Assembly (NCBI RefSeq): GCF_000186885.1
Contig: NC_014972.1
Location: 810,001 to 842,000, forward strand
Direction of reading: 5' to 3'
Origin: Desulfobulbus propionicus DSM 2032
Lineage (GTDB): Bacteria; Desulfobacterota; Desulfobulbia; Desulfobulbales; Desulfobulbaceae
DNA length: 32,000 bases
Shown in pieces: positions 10,382 through 19,899 of this stretch. Each line of letters opens with the position of its first letter. Within the stretch, counting starts at the first letter, position 1. The notes beneath the pieces were generated by a model that was not told the DNA's origin, ran no database searches, and saw only the letters and a program-made list of their open reading frames with translations. A program made the position numbers and the translations under genes.

Positions 10382-11683
10382 ATGTCTGAGAACAACAATG
10401 GCCGGACCGCGGAATTGATCATCGACGGCAATCGATTCGAGCTGCCTCTCATCGAGGGGGTTGAAGGCGACAAGGCCATCGACATCCGCGATTTGTTGCG
10501 CGACACTGGCTATACCGTCTTTGATACCGGCTACAAGAATTCGGCCTCGTGCAGTAGTACCATCACCTTTCTCGACGGCAAGAAGGGCATTCTCCGATAT
10601 CGGGGCTATGCCATTGAGGACCTGGCGGAAAAGTGCCTGTTCATCGAGGTCGCCTACCTGCTGCTGCACAACAAATTGCCCAATCGCGAGGAGTTGGAAA
10701 GTTTTCGTACCCTTTTGGAACAGCATGCGCTGATCCATGAGGACATGATCCACTTCTTTGACAAATTTCCGCCCAACGCCTCGCCGATGTCGATTCTATC
10801 GGTCATGGTCAACAGTCTCCACAACTTTTATCCGGAGATGAGCGCCGATCCGCTGGAAAATATCGATATGACCGCCAGCCGGCTCATTTCCAAGATCCGA
10901 ACCATCGCGGCCTTTTCCTACAAGAAATCCATCGGGCAGCCGCTGGTCTATCCAAGAAATGATCTTTCGTACTGCGGCAATTTCCTCAACATGATGTTCA
11001 ATACGCCGGTCAGGCCGTATATCGTGCTGCCCGAGGTGGTGGCTGCCCTGAACAAACTGCTCATCCTCCATGCCGATCACGAGCAGAATTGCTCGACTTC
11101 GGCGGTGCGGCTGGTGGGCAGTTCCGGCGGCAACCTCTACGCATCCATTTCGGCCGGAATCAACGCTCTTTGGGGCCCACTGCACGGCGGGGCCAACGAG
11201 GCGGTGATCCAGATGCTGGAAGCCATCCATAAAGATAACAACGATTATAAAAAATACATCGCCAAGGCCAAGGACAAGAACGATCCGTTCCGGCTTTCCG
11301 GCTTTGGCCATCGGGTCTATCGGACCTTTGACCCGCGCGGCAAGATCATCAAGGATGCGTGTGACGGCATTCTGTCGGTGCTGAACGTCCAGGACCCGTT
11401 GCTGGACATTGCCCGCAATCTGGAGGAGATCGTGCTGAACGACGACTACTTTGTCAGCCGCAACCTCTATCCCAACATCGATTTTTATTCAGGCATTATC
11501 TACCGGGCCCTCGGTATCCCCACCAATATGTTCACTGTCATGTTCGCGCTCGGCAGGCTTCCTGGCTGGATTGCCCAGTGGCGTGAAATGCGGGAGGACA
11601 AGGAAACAAAAATTTACCGGCCGCGCCAGATTTACATTGGTTTTCCGGCGCGTAAATTCGTTTCCTTGGCCGAGCGAAGCTGA
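10382..11683 (+). CDS. gltA: Citrate synthase (Si-type)
   Basis: 433 aa: RDTGYTVFDTGYKNSASCSSTITFLDGKKGILRYRGYAIEDLAE...HEQNCSTSAVRLVGSSGGNLYASISAGINALWGPLHGGANEAV...FRLSGFGHRVYRTFDPRGK...SGIIYRALGIPTNMFTVMFALGRLPGWIAQWREM; strong RBS (aggaggaaaa) upstream. Confidence 0.97.
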   Translation: MSENNNGRTAELIIDGNRFELPLIEGVEGDKAIDIRDLLRDTGYTVFDTGYKNSASCSSTITFLDGKKGILRYRGYAIEDLAEKCLFIEVAYLLLHNKLPNREELESFRTLLEQHALIHEDMIHFFDKFPPNASPMSILSVMVNSLHNFYPEMSADPLENIDMTASRLISKIRTIAAFSYKKSIGQPLVYPRNDLSYCGNFLNMMFNTPVRPYIVLPEVVAALNKLLILHADHEQNCSTSAVRLVGSSGGNLYASISAGINALWGPLHGGANEAVIQMLEAIHKDNNDYKKYIAKAKDKNDPFRLSGFGHRVYRTFDPRGKIIKDACDGILSVLNVQDPLLDIARNLEEIVLNDDYFVSRNLYPNIDFYSGIIYRALGIPTNMFTVMFALGRLPGWIAQWREMREDKETKIYRPRQIYIGFPARKFVSLAERS

Positions 11684-11744
11684 GTCGAAGGGGGGCCTGC
11701 ACCGGTACCCTCGCAGGCAGGGGTGATCGGAATTCGTCCGGCGC

Positions 11745-13175
11745 TCAATAGGTGATCCGGACCCGATAGGTGAGGGCTGTCTTCCCCTTGGGTGGAACGG
11801 TCACCTGCCAGGAGGCGGTGTTGGCCGATTCCTTGCGATGCGGCAGGGATTCGTCGAGGATCCGCCAATCACCGGGCATCGGTTCCCGGACCTTGACCGT
11901 GACCTGTTCGTCTTTCGCGTTGTTGAGTTGGAGGCTGTAGGCGCTTTCAAAGGCGTAATTGTAGCGGCCGCCGCCTTCGATTTTTTTGAAATCGGTCTGC
12001 CGCTTATCGGCGGTCACATCAAAGGCGTCGCCAAGATGCAGGCGCAAGGTTTCCTTTTCCGGCGTGTGATCCACCTTGTCCTCACCGACAAACTGGAGAA
12101 AGCCGCTGCCGTCTTTTTTGTACACGCGGACAATTCCTCCGGGAATGGGCATGCCCAGTCCGGATGCCGTGTCGTTGATGAGTTCGATAAACACACCCAC
12201 CTTCATTTTGCGGCCAATTTCTCCTGCCTGTGCCGTGTAGTAATAGTCATGTCCCGCGAGCAGGTATTCCTTGCGGCACGCAACCCCGTCTGCCTGCAAG
12301 AGGGCCACCTGTTTTTTCTGTTTTTCGCCAATATCGGTCGGGCGATCAAGCGAGTAGAGATGATAGTCAAAGAGCGCCTCTTCCGTCATGGCTTGGGGGG
12401 CGGGCGCCATGGCCATGGGTAGGGCGTCCTTGGTCATGGCCCGGGCTTCGATGTCTCGCTGGACCACGTTGACGTCGCCAGCCACGAGCTGCAACCGAGC
12501 GCGGGGATAGCGTGCCCCGCTTTCGTTGGTCAAGGTGACCCAGCCGGAGAGATTGAGTTGGCTGTCCGCCGCATTCAATTCGGCCACATAGTCCGCCTGC
12601 CAGGAAAGACCGCCAGTGAGATAGGAGAGCTCCGCCTCCCTCTCCCCTGGTGTGGTGCTGTCCACCAGCATGGTCAAGGTCGGACGATCGCGCAAGTTGG
12701 CGGGAACATCCGGATAGACCAACCTGCCGACAGCCTCTGTTTCGATGCGATCACCAACCTGCAGCACCACGCCATCCCCGGCACTCAACACCTTGGCCGG
12801 CACCATCTGGTCTTCGCCGGTGGCGGGGTGTCGCTTGACCAAGGAGACTTCGCGTCCCACATATTTATGTAGCAGGGAGTGGGGCGTCAAAAGATCGTAC
12901 TCGAAATTCTGCTCAAGAATGCGGAGGTCGCCGCTGTGGAGCAAGACGGTTTCCGGTTTGATCCGTGCGCTGACCTCGCGGAAGGCGAGGGTGTGGACCC
13001 CCTGGGGGATCACCACGTGTCGACGGTCCTTCACCAAGGCAAGATTTTTATTGTAGATGGTCACGCTGACGGCCTGCTGGTCTTGGGCGGATACCGTGAT
13101 TTCAGGCGCGGCCAGGGCCAGCCCTTGACTGGCGCAGAGCAACAGGGTGGCAACAGAAAAAACGAGATGCTTCAT
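11745..13175 (-). CDS. DUF4139-type domain protein with signal peptide
   Basis: MKHLVFSVATLLLCASQGLALAAPEITVSAQDQQAVSVTIYNKNLALVKDRRHV...LSYLTGGLSWQADYVAELNAADSQLNLSGWVTLTNESGARYPRARLQLVAGDVN...; matches the known mucoidy-inhibitor/DUF4139 layout. Confidence 0.8.
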   Translation of the reverse strand: MKHLVFSVATLLLCASQGLALAAPEITVSAQDQQAVSVTIYNKNLALVKDRRHVVIPQGVHTLAFREVSARIKPETVLLHSGDLRILEQNFEYDLLTPHSLLHKYVGREVSLVKRHPATGEDQMVPAKVLSAGDGVVLQVGDRIETEAVGRLVYPDVPANLRDRPTLTMLVDSTTPGEREAELSYLTGGLSWQADYVAELNAADSQLNLSGWVTLTNESGARYPRARLQLVAGDVNVVQRDIEARAMTKDALPMAMAPAPQAMTEEALFDYHLYSLDRPTDIGEKQKKQVALLQADGVACRKEYLLAGHDYYYTAQAGEIGRKMKVGVFIELINDTASGLGMPIPGGIVRVYKKDGSGFLQFVGEDKVDHTPEKETLRLHLGDAFDVTADKRQTDFKKIEGGGRYNYAFESAYSLQLNNAKDEQVTVKVREPMPGDWRILDESLPHRKESANTASWQVTVPPKGKTALTYRVRITY

Positions 13176-13253
13176 CGGATTCTCCACGGCAGGATAGAAA
13201 AGGGAACGGACCTCGCCGACGATAGCATGTTCCGGTCCAAAAGAACACGATGT

Positions 13254-13697
13254 TTAGCTTTCGGCGACGGTATTGCGGCTGATGAAGTCGTTGAGTTGGC
13301 TTTGTTGTTTGTTGGACAGAGGTCCGAACTGCATGCACAGTCGTTTGACCCGCAGGGTGCTGAACATGGAATTGGGCAGGGTCTGTACTTCATTGACCAG
13401 GGAAACGGGGACGTTGGGCAGGTAAAAACGGGATTGCGCCTGGAAAATATCGAGATGGCGCGGCAGGGGTATATCGTATTCAAAGGCGACAAGATGGACG
13501 GCGAGTCCCCCGAGACCGACATCGACAATGGTGCCGGTGTCCATGCCGAAAAACACCAAGGTGTCGTTCTTGATGCGGTATCGTTTGTGCTGGCGTCGTT
13601 CTCTGGCGACGGGAGTGTCCGCCTTCATCGCCTGTTCCATCGGTGCTCTGCCACGGAGGTCACGGGGTACAGGCATTGAATTGTTGACAGTATTCAC
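13254..13697 (-). CDS. PilZ domain protein (putative c-di-GMP binding)
   Basis: RRQHKRYRIKNDTLVFFGMDTGTIVDVGLGGLAVHLVAFEYDIP: N-terminal RxxxR and a D-x-[S/G]-x-x-G-like motif. The 5' start is uncertain. Confidence 0.65.
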   Translation of the reverse strand: MNTVNNSMPVPRDLRGRAPMEQAMKADTPVARERRQHKRYRIKNDTLVFFGMDTGTIVDVGLGGLAVHLVAFEYDIPLPRHLDIFQAQSRFYLPNVPVSLVNEVQTLPNSMFSTLRVKRLCMQFGPLSNKQQSQLNDFISRNTVAES

Positions 13698-14040
13698 GCA
13701 CCAGTTGCCAACGCTGCGGCGGGCGGAGGCGAAAATAGATGGGGCTGAGCATCAGGATACGGATTGCTTCGCGCGGCTTCATGGTCCTACCTCCTTGCGG
13801 GTCGTTGTTTTTTGGTATGCAAAAAACGATCCTATCAAGGAACTTGTTGAATTGTAAGCGAAAAAGCTGAGGGGGAAATGATGGCTGCCCGGTGTCGTAC
13901 ATTTGACGGCCCGAATGTTTCGAAAAAGCGAAAAACCAAGGTTCTTTTTCCGTATTCGTGAACCAAGGTGGCGTTGGTCCCGCCCTGCACGCATGCGATG
14001 TCTATACTGCATCGTTGCGGAAAAAGAAAAGAAAAAAAGG

Positions 14041-16725
14041 TTACTCGTCCTTGTCGAGGCTCGTGCCGTGGCGCAGTTGCACCACCAGCGGTACCCGGAG
14101 GGGCATGGCCGATTCCATGGAGTCCTTCAGCAGGCGAGAGACGGGATCCAGCTCGGTTTCCGGCACCTCGAGGACCAATTCATCATGAATTTGCAGCAAC
14201 ATGCGGGCGCGGAAATCGCGTCGCAGCAGTTCACGATGTATCCGCAGCATGGCCAGTTTAATAATGTCGGCGGCCGTGCCTTGAATAGGGGTGTTGATGG
14301 CGGTCCGTTCGGCGAACTCGCGCTGCACGCGATTGGCGCTGTTGATCTCGGCGAGCGGGCGGCGGCGACCGAGCAGGGTGGTGACGAAGCCATCCTTTTT
14401 AGCTTGTTGGATCGTTGACGCCATGAAATCCTTTATTCCGGAAAAATGGGCGAAATAACGATCGATAAAGAGCTGGGCATCCTTGCGACTGACGTGCAGC
14501 TGACTGGACAGACCAAAGCTGGACATGCCGTAAACAATGCCGAAATTGATGGTTTTGGCCACTCGCCGCATCTCGGCGGTGACCAGCTCGGGGGAGACGT
14601 TGAAGATCTCTGCCGCCGTGCGCCGATGAATGTCTTGACCACCTTGAAAGGCGGCGATCAATTCGCGATCCTGGGAGTAATGGGCCAACACGCGCAGATC
14701 AATCTGCGAATAATCTGCGGCCAGCAACAGGCAGCCGTCGGCGGCGATAAAGGCCGACCGGATGCGGCGTCCCTCCTCGGTGCGGATGGGAATATTCTGC
14801 AGATTGGGGCTGCTCGAACTGAGGCGTCCTGTGGCGGTGCCACACTGATTGAACGAGGTATGGACCCGGCCGGTGCGAGGATTGCGCAGGCTCGCCAGTT
14901 TGTCGACATAGGTCGATTTGAGTTTGGCCAGATTGCGATACTGAAGGATCAATGCCGGCAGTTCATGGTCGAAACTGAGGTTTTCCAGGACCTTGACGTC
15001 GGTGGACCAGCCGGTTTTGGTTTTGCGTCCCTTGGGGAGTTGCAATTTCTCGAACAGGACTTCGCCCAACTGCTTGGGGGAGTTGATGTTGAAGGACATG
15101 CCGGCGGCCTGGTAAATGGACAGTTCATCGGTGCGCAGGCGGCGGTCGAATTCGGCTGAGAGGCGGGCGAGTTTATCCGCATCGACCCGGATCCCTTCTC
15201 GCTCCATGGCGGCCAGCACGGGGACCAGCGGCCCTTCGACCTCCCGAAGCAGCGCCAGCAGATCGGCCCGTTCCAGTTGCGGCAGCTGCTCCTGGTACAA
15301 CCGCAGTGCCCCATATACGTCCTCGCAGCTATAGTTCTTGGCGGCCTCCAAGGGAACTCGACAAAAGGCGTCCTCGCTTTTATCGGCATGGGTGACTTCC
15401 TCGTAACTGGTCATCCGTAGGTTAATCTCACCGCAAAGATCGTCGAGTTTGTAGGTTCGCCGGTCCGGAGCCAGCAGCCAGGCACCGATCATGGTGTCGT
15501 GGAGCGGACAGGCCAGCTGTATGCCGCCATTGCAGGGGGCGGACAGGACAGCCAGATCGAATTTCAGATTGTGGCCGATTTTGGTGGTCCCGGGATGTTC
15601 GAGCACCGGGCGGAGAAATTCGATGAGCCGGTCAAGGGGGAGTTGGCCCGCAACCAGTTCACCCGCCTCGTCGCGATGGCCGCAGGGAAGGTACCAGGCC
15701 TCCCCGTCCTCGGTGCAAAGCGATACCCCCACAAGCCGGGCTTTGAGAGGATCCAGGGAGTCGGTTTCTGTGTCGACAGCCACCAGGGATGCCCCGGCAA
15801 GGCGTTCAGCGAGTGCCGCCAACTGTTCTTGGTGCCGAACCAAATGAAAACGGGAAGTATCGATGCGGGCCGGTCTGGTCTCTTCCTTGAGCAGGGAGTG
15901 AAATTCCAGTTCCAGCAGCAAGGCCCGCAGTGCCTCGATGTCGGGCTCGGGCAAGCGGTACTGTTCAAGATCGCCAGGGGTTTCGGCGGAGGTGTTGAGC
16001 CGCACCAGTTCCCGCGACAGAAAGGCCGCGTCTCGATTGTCGCGGATTTGCTGGATGATTTTGGAAGGTTTCAGGCTGGCAACAACCGCATACAATCCTT
16101 CCAGGCTTCGATGCTCGGCAATCAGTTTTTGTGCCGATTTAGGGCCGACGCCGGGTACGCCGGGTATGTTATCCGAACTGTCTCCGGTCAGGGCGAAGTA
16201 ATCGAGCAGCAAGGACGGAGGCAGTCCGTACTTTTCCTCCACCGCGGCTTCATCCATTACTCGATCGTTCATCGGATCCCACAGGGTGATGCCCGGCGAT
16301 ACCAGTTGGAGCAGATCCTTGTCGCCGGAAACGATCACCACCCGATACCCCTGTCCGGCCATCTTCTTTGCGACCGAGGCGATCAGATCATCAGCCTCCT
16401 GATCCTCGTGTTCCAGGTTGAGAATGCGATAGGCCGCGACCATTTTGCGGATGTAGGGGATCTGCGGGATCAGATCCTCGGGCATCGGCGGTCGATTGGC
16501 TTTGTATTGGCCGTAGAGCCGGTGGCGGAAGACCGGTCCCTTGGTATCAAAGGCGACCGCTAGATAGCGGGGATTGCGTTCTTTGATCAGGCGGCGGAGG
16601 ATGGCGGTGAAGCCGAAAATAGCGTGCGTCGGCAGGCCATGCGAATTGGAGAGCGGTTTGATGGCATGATAGGCGCGATAAATATAGGCGCTGCCATCGA
16701 TCAGGTACAGTTCAGGGGTGGTCAT
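14041..16725 (-). CDS. polA: DNA polymerase I (5' nuclease, 3'-5' exonuclease and polymerase domains)
   Basis: 894 aa: PELYLIDGSAYIYRAYHAIKPLSNSHGLPTHAIFGF...; exonuclease region retains VAVDTETDSLDP; polymerase motifs DYSQIDLRVLAHYS, RRVAKTINFGIVYGMS, QIHDELVLEVP. Confidence 0.98.
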   Translation of the reverse strand: MTTPELYLIDGSAYIYRAYHAIKPLSNSHGLPTHAIFGFTAILRRLIKERNPRYLAVAFDTKGPVFRHRLYGQYKANRPPMPEDLIPQIPYIRKMVAAYRILNLEHEDQEADDLIASVAKKMAGQGYRVVIVSGDKDLLQLVSPGITLWDPMNDRVMDEAAVEEKYGLPPSLLLDYFALTGDSSDNIPGVPGVGPKSAQKLIAEHRSLEGLYAVVASLKPSKIIQQIRDNRDAAFLSRELVRLNTSAETPGDLEQYRLPEPDIEALRALLLELEFHSLLKEETRPARIDTSRFHLVRHQEQLAALAERLAGASLVAVDTETDSLDPLKARLVGVSLCTEDGEAWYLPCGHRDEAGELVAGQLPLDRLIEFLRPVLEHPGTTKIGHNLKFDLAVLSAPCNGGIQLACPLHDTMIGAWLLAPDRRTYKLDDLCGEINLRMTSYEEVTHADKSEDAFCRVPLEAAKNYSCEDVYGALRLYQEQLPQLERADLLALLREVEGPLVPVLAAMEREGIRVDADKLARLSAEFDRRLRTDELSIYQAAGMSFNINSPKQLGEVLFEKLQLPKGRKTKTGWSTDVKVLENLSFDHELPALILQYRNLAKLKSTYVDKLASLRNPRTGRVHTSFNQCGTATGRLSSSSPNLQNIPIRTEEGRRIRSAFIAADGCLLLAADYSQIDLRVLAHYSQDRELIAAFQGGQDIHRRTAAEIFNVSPELVTAEMRRVAKTINFGIVYGMSSFGLSSQLHVSRKDAQLFIDRYFAHFSGIKDFMASTIQQAKKDGFVTTLLGRRRPLAEINSANRVQREFAERTAINTPIQGTAADIIKLAMLRIHRELLRRDFRARMLLQIHDELVLEVPETELDPVSRLLKDSMESAMPLRVPLVVQLRHGTSLDKDE

Positions 16726-16899
16726 TAGCTCTCTGGGATGAGGAATGGGACAGGAAAAGACGCCTCAGGCCGGGCCCTCAGCTCGGAAAATAACGGTTCA
16801 ATCCGCACGCGGCCAACCCGTGCTGTGTATGTACACGGCAAACCGTCCGGAGACCAAGAATTTTTTCCCCTTTTCCTCTGCTCGACCTACACATGATCG

Positions 16900-16924
16900 A
16901 AAAAAAACCCGCCTGTAAGGCGGG
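16900..16924 (-). terminator. Rho-independent terminator downstream of the HPF-CSD gene
   Basis: Minus strand CCCGCC-ttaca-GGCGGG followed by a T7 tract. Confidence 0.85.
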
Positions 16925-16983
16925 TAGCTCGAGAACGAATACTTGCGGCTGCGTGCCTGCAAGCAACTATGCGGAATGGATTG

Positions 16984-17526
16984 CTAGGCTTGCCCTACTC
17001 GCACCCAGGTGGCCTGCAAGCCCTTGTCGCCTTCTTCCATGGCGAACAGCACTTCGTCGCCCTCGGCGAGGTCGTTAATGGTGACATCCTTGAGGGCATT
17101 GGCATGAAAGAACACATCGAGCTTGTCATCGGTGACGATGAACCCGTACGCTTCATCCGGAACCAGTTTGCGGATGATCCCCAAGGCGTTGTTGTCAACC
17201 GTGGCACCCGGGAGTTTAGCGCTCTTGTGATTTTGCTTTTTCTTGACGATTTCTTTCAACTGTGCGCCCAGAACGTCAAAGGCTTCGGTCAGCAGGCTGC
17301 GAACACTTTCGCCCCATCGCTTGACCGCCACGGTATCGTTGGGCACGGAGGCTACCAGGCGGACCTCGTATCCCCCTTCTTTGTAGCCTGGGGTGGCTTC
17401 GATGGTCACGCGCAGGTGGAGAACGAAATTGGCATAATGTCGAATGAGCTTATTGCGTTCTTCCTCTATTTTTTCCTGCCAGCTCTTGCGGATATCAAGA
17501 TTTTTAGCTTCGATTTTCAGTTCCAT
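16984..17526 (-). CDS. Ribosome-associated HPF/RaiA-like domain fused to a C-terminal cold-shock domain
   Basis: MELKIEAKNLDIRKSWQEKIEEERNKLIRHYANFVLHLRVTIEA (HPF/RaiA-like), then ALGIIRKLVPDEAYGFIVTDDKLDVFFHANALKDVTINDLAEGDEVLFAMEEGDKGLQATWVRV (CSD). GGAGGA lies just upstream. Confidence 0.85.
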   Translation of the reverse strand: MELKIEAKNLDIRKSWQEKIEEERNKLIRHYANFVLHLRVTIEATPGYKEGGYEVRLVASVPNDTVAVKRWGESVRSLLTEAFDVLGAQLKEIVKKKQNHKSAKLPGATVDNNALGIIRKLVPDEAYGFIVTDDKLDVFFHANALKDVTINDLAEGDEVLFAMEEGDKGLQATWVRVGQA

Positions 17527-17805
17527 AGACATCCTCCACTGAGAACGGCGGCAGCGACCCCATGCCGCTGCCATGAGGTCATTCCTCGGCATCCAGGATT
17601 CAGGGTCGCGGGTTTCTTCGTTCCCTGCACCTCCCGCACATGAGTATTATCGGGTTGGGAGGTATGCGAACCGCACACAAAGGGGCTGATAAGAGCAGGA
17701 TACCGATTGACCATGAATCAACTATAGACATTGCCAAGGCCGGAAATCAAGAGAAAGAACGACATTTTCTTGACGGGACCGTAGAGGGGCCGGTAGAGTA
17801 ACGGT

Positions 17806-18765
17806 ATGAATACTCAAGACAAAATAGGTGTTTTGCTGTTGAACCTCGGCGGTCCCGAGCGGCTTGAGGATGTGCGGCCCTTTCTGTTCAATCTGTTTTC
17901 CGATCGGCAGATCATTCGGCTGGGGCCCGCTTTTCTGCAGAAAACCATCGCTCGGATCATTGCCCATCGACGCGCTCCGAAAAGCATGGCCAACTACCAG
18001 CGTATCGGCGGTGGTTCACCCATCCGGCTGAGGACCGAGGAGCAGGCGGCGGCCTTGGAGCGCGCCCTGCAAGGGGACGGCTCCTTTGTGGTCCGGCCGT
18101 GCATGCGCTATTGGCACCCCTTTGCCGATGAGGCGTTGCGGGAGATGGCTGCCGCCAAGGTTGACCGGCTCATCGCCCTGCCGCTCTACCCTCATTACTC
18201 GATCGCCACCACTGGTTCGTCATTGACCGATCTGCGCCGGACTCTCGCTCGCATGGGGCTACGCCTTCCGGTTCGGGAAATTGATTCCTGGCCCATTGAG
18301 CCACAGTACGTTGCCTCCTTGGTCGCGCGGATCAAAGAGGGCGTGGGGGGCTTTGCCGGCCAACCCGTGCAGGTGGTCTACAGCGCCCACAGCCTGCCGG
18401 TGCAGTTCATCCGCGAAGGCGATCCCTATGTGCGTCATCTGGAACAAACGATTCGGGCCGTGGAAGAGGCGACCGGAGTTCCCGGGCGGCTGTGCTACCA
18501 GAGCCGCAGCGGTCCGGTGGAGTGGCTTGGTCCGGCACTGCCTGAGGTGATCGAGGAATTGGCGAAGCAGGGATGCATCAACATGCTGGTGGTGCCGATT
18601 TCTTTTGTTTCCGATCACGTGGAAACACTCTACGAGATCGACATCCAATACCGGGAAATGGCCGAGGGGCTTGGCATCCGGTTCGCCGCTACCAGGGCGC
18701 TCAACGACGATCCCAGTTTTATCGCGGCCCTGCGGTCCCTGGTTCTGGCCAATCTCGCCGTTTGA
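17806..18765 (+). CDS. hemH: Ferrochelatase (protoporphyrin/coproporphyrin)
   Basis: MNTQDKIGVLLLNLGGPERLEDVRPFLFNLFSDRQII...YSAHSLPVQFIREGDPYVRHLEQTI...CYQSRSGPVEWLGP...VLVVPISFVSDHVETLYEIDIQYREMA. Confidence 0.97.
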   Translation: MNTQDKIGVLLLNLGGPERLEDVRPFLFNLFSDRQIIRLGPAFLQKTIARIIAHRRAPKSMANYQRIGGGSPIRLRTEEQAAALERALQGDGSFVVRPCMRYWHPFADEALREMAAAKVDRLIALPLYPHYSIATTGSSLTDLRRTLARMGLRLPVREIDSWPIEPQYVASLVARIKEGVGGFAGQPVQVVYSAHSLPVQFIREGDPYVRHLEQTIRAVEEATGVPGRLCYQSRSGPVEWLGPALPEVIEELAKQGCINMLVVPISFVSDHVETLYEIDIQYREMAEGLGIRFAATRALNDDPSFIAALRSLVLANLAV

Positions 18766-18769
18766 TTGG

Positions 18770-19894
18770 TCAGACGTTGGGCTGGCTGGCGGTCGGGAAG
18801 CTGCGCATGCGCACGTTCATGAGAATGCCGATTGCCACCATATTGGTCAGCAGTGAAGAGCCGCCGTAGCTGAACAGGGGGAGCGGCACGCCGACCACCG
18901 GCAGGAATCCCATGATCATGAACAGGTTGATCACCGCCTGCCAAAAGATCAGCATGATGCAGCCAAAAGCCAGGATCGAGCCGAATTTGTCCTTGGCCGA
19001 CATGGCGATGTTGATGCCCCAGATGAGCATGAAAAAATAGCAGCTCAAAAAAAACAGCGATCCGGCAAATCCCCATTCTTCCGCCCAGACCGAGAAAGCG
19101 AAGTCCGTATGCCGCTCAGGGAGAAAATGGAGATGCCCCTGGGTGCCTTCCATGAATCCCTTGCCGAATACCTTACCGCTACCCACCGCGATTTTCGACT
19201 GCATGATCTGATAACCATGGTTCATGGGATCGCCTTCCGGATTGAGGAAGGTTTCGATCCGTTTTCGTTGGTAGTCTTTCAGGAGAAATTTCCAGCCGAT
19301 AAAGATGCACGCCAGTCCGCTGCCGCTGAGAATGCCGAGGGTGCTCCAGCGCAGGCGGACGAACAGGGTCATGGAGACAAAAATAATGGCGCAGATCAGG
19401 GCGGTCCCCAGATCGGGTTGCAGCATGATCAGCACAAACGGCAGGGCGGTAAGGAACACCGGTTTGATCAGATCGCGCAACCGGTAGCCGCCGGGAACGT
19501 CCATGTGGGCATAGCAGGACGCCAGGACCAGGATGAGTGCCAACTTGGCCGGCTCAGACGGCTGGAGATTGAAAAAACCGAGATCGATCCAGCGCTGGGA
19601 ACCGGCGATGGCCTTGACAAACAGCAGGGTGTAGATGAGCAGCGCCAGGATGATGGCATAGAGCGCATAGCCGAATTTGGCGATCCGCTGATATTCCTGG
19701 GTCAGCACCACCAGAATGAGAACCAGGCCCACCGAGAAAAAGAGCAGCTGTTTGTAGAAAACCGAGGACGCGCCGTTGTCCGCGATATAGGTGGAACTGT
19801 ACAGATTGGTCAGCGCCATCCCCCCCACGAGAAGCAGCATCAAGAGCATGACCCAATCGAAGTGGTGCAGCAAACGTCTGTCAAATTGAAACAT
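18770..19894 (-). CDS. rodA: Rod shape-determining protein RodA (SEDS glycosyltransferase)
   Basis: MFQFDRRLLHHFDWVMLLMLLLVGGMALTNLYSST...LQPSEPAKLALILVLA...LQPDLGTALI...GFLPVVGVPLPLFSYGGSSLLTNM. Confidence 0.96.
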   Translation of the reverse strand: MFQFDRRLLHHFDWVMLLMLLLVGGMALTNLYSSTYIADNGASSVFYKQLLFFSVGLVLILVVLTQEYQRIAKFGYALYAIILALLIYTLLFVKAIAGSQRWIDLGFFNLQPSEPAKLALILVLASCYAHMDVPGGYRLRDLIKPVFLTALPFVLIMLQPDLGTALICAIIFVSMTLFVRLRWSTLGILSGSGLACIFIGWKFLLKDYQRKRIETFLNPEGDPMNHGYQIMQSKIAVGSGKVFGKGFMEGTQGHLHFLPERHTDFAFSVWAEEWGFAGSLFFLSCYFFMLIWGINIAMSAKDKFGSILAFGCIMLIFWQAVINLFMIMGFLPVVGVPLPLFSYGGSSLLTNMVAIGILMNVRMRSFPTASQPNV

Positions 19895-19899
19895 ATCGG

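Noticed and set aside
14446-16563. Plus-strand ORFs of 237 and 354 aa over polA
   Set aside because: Shadow ORFs opposite DNA polymerase I, whose motifs are unambiguous.
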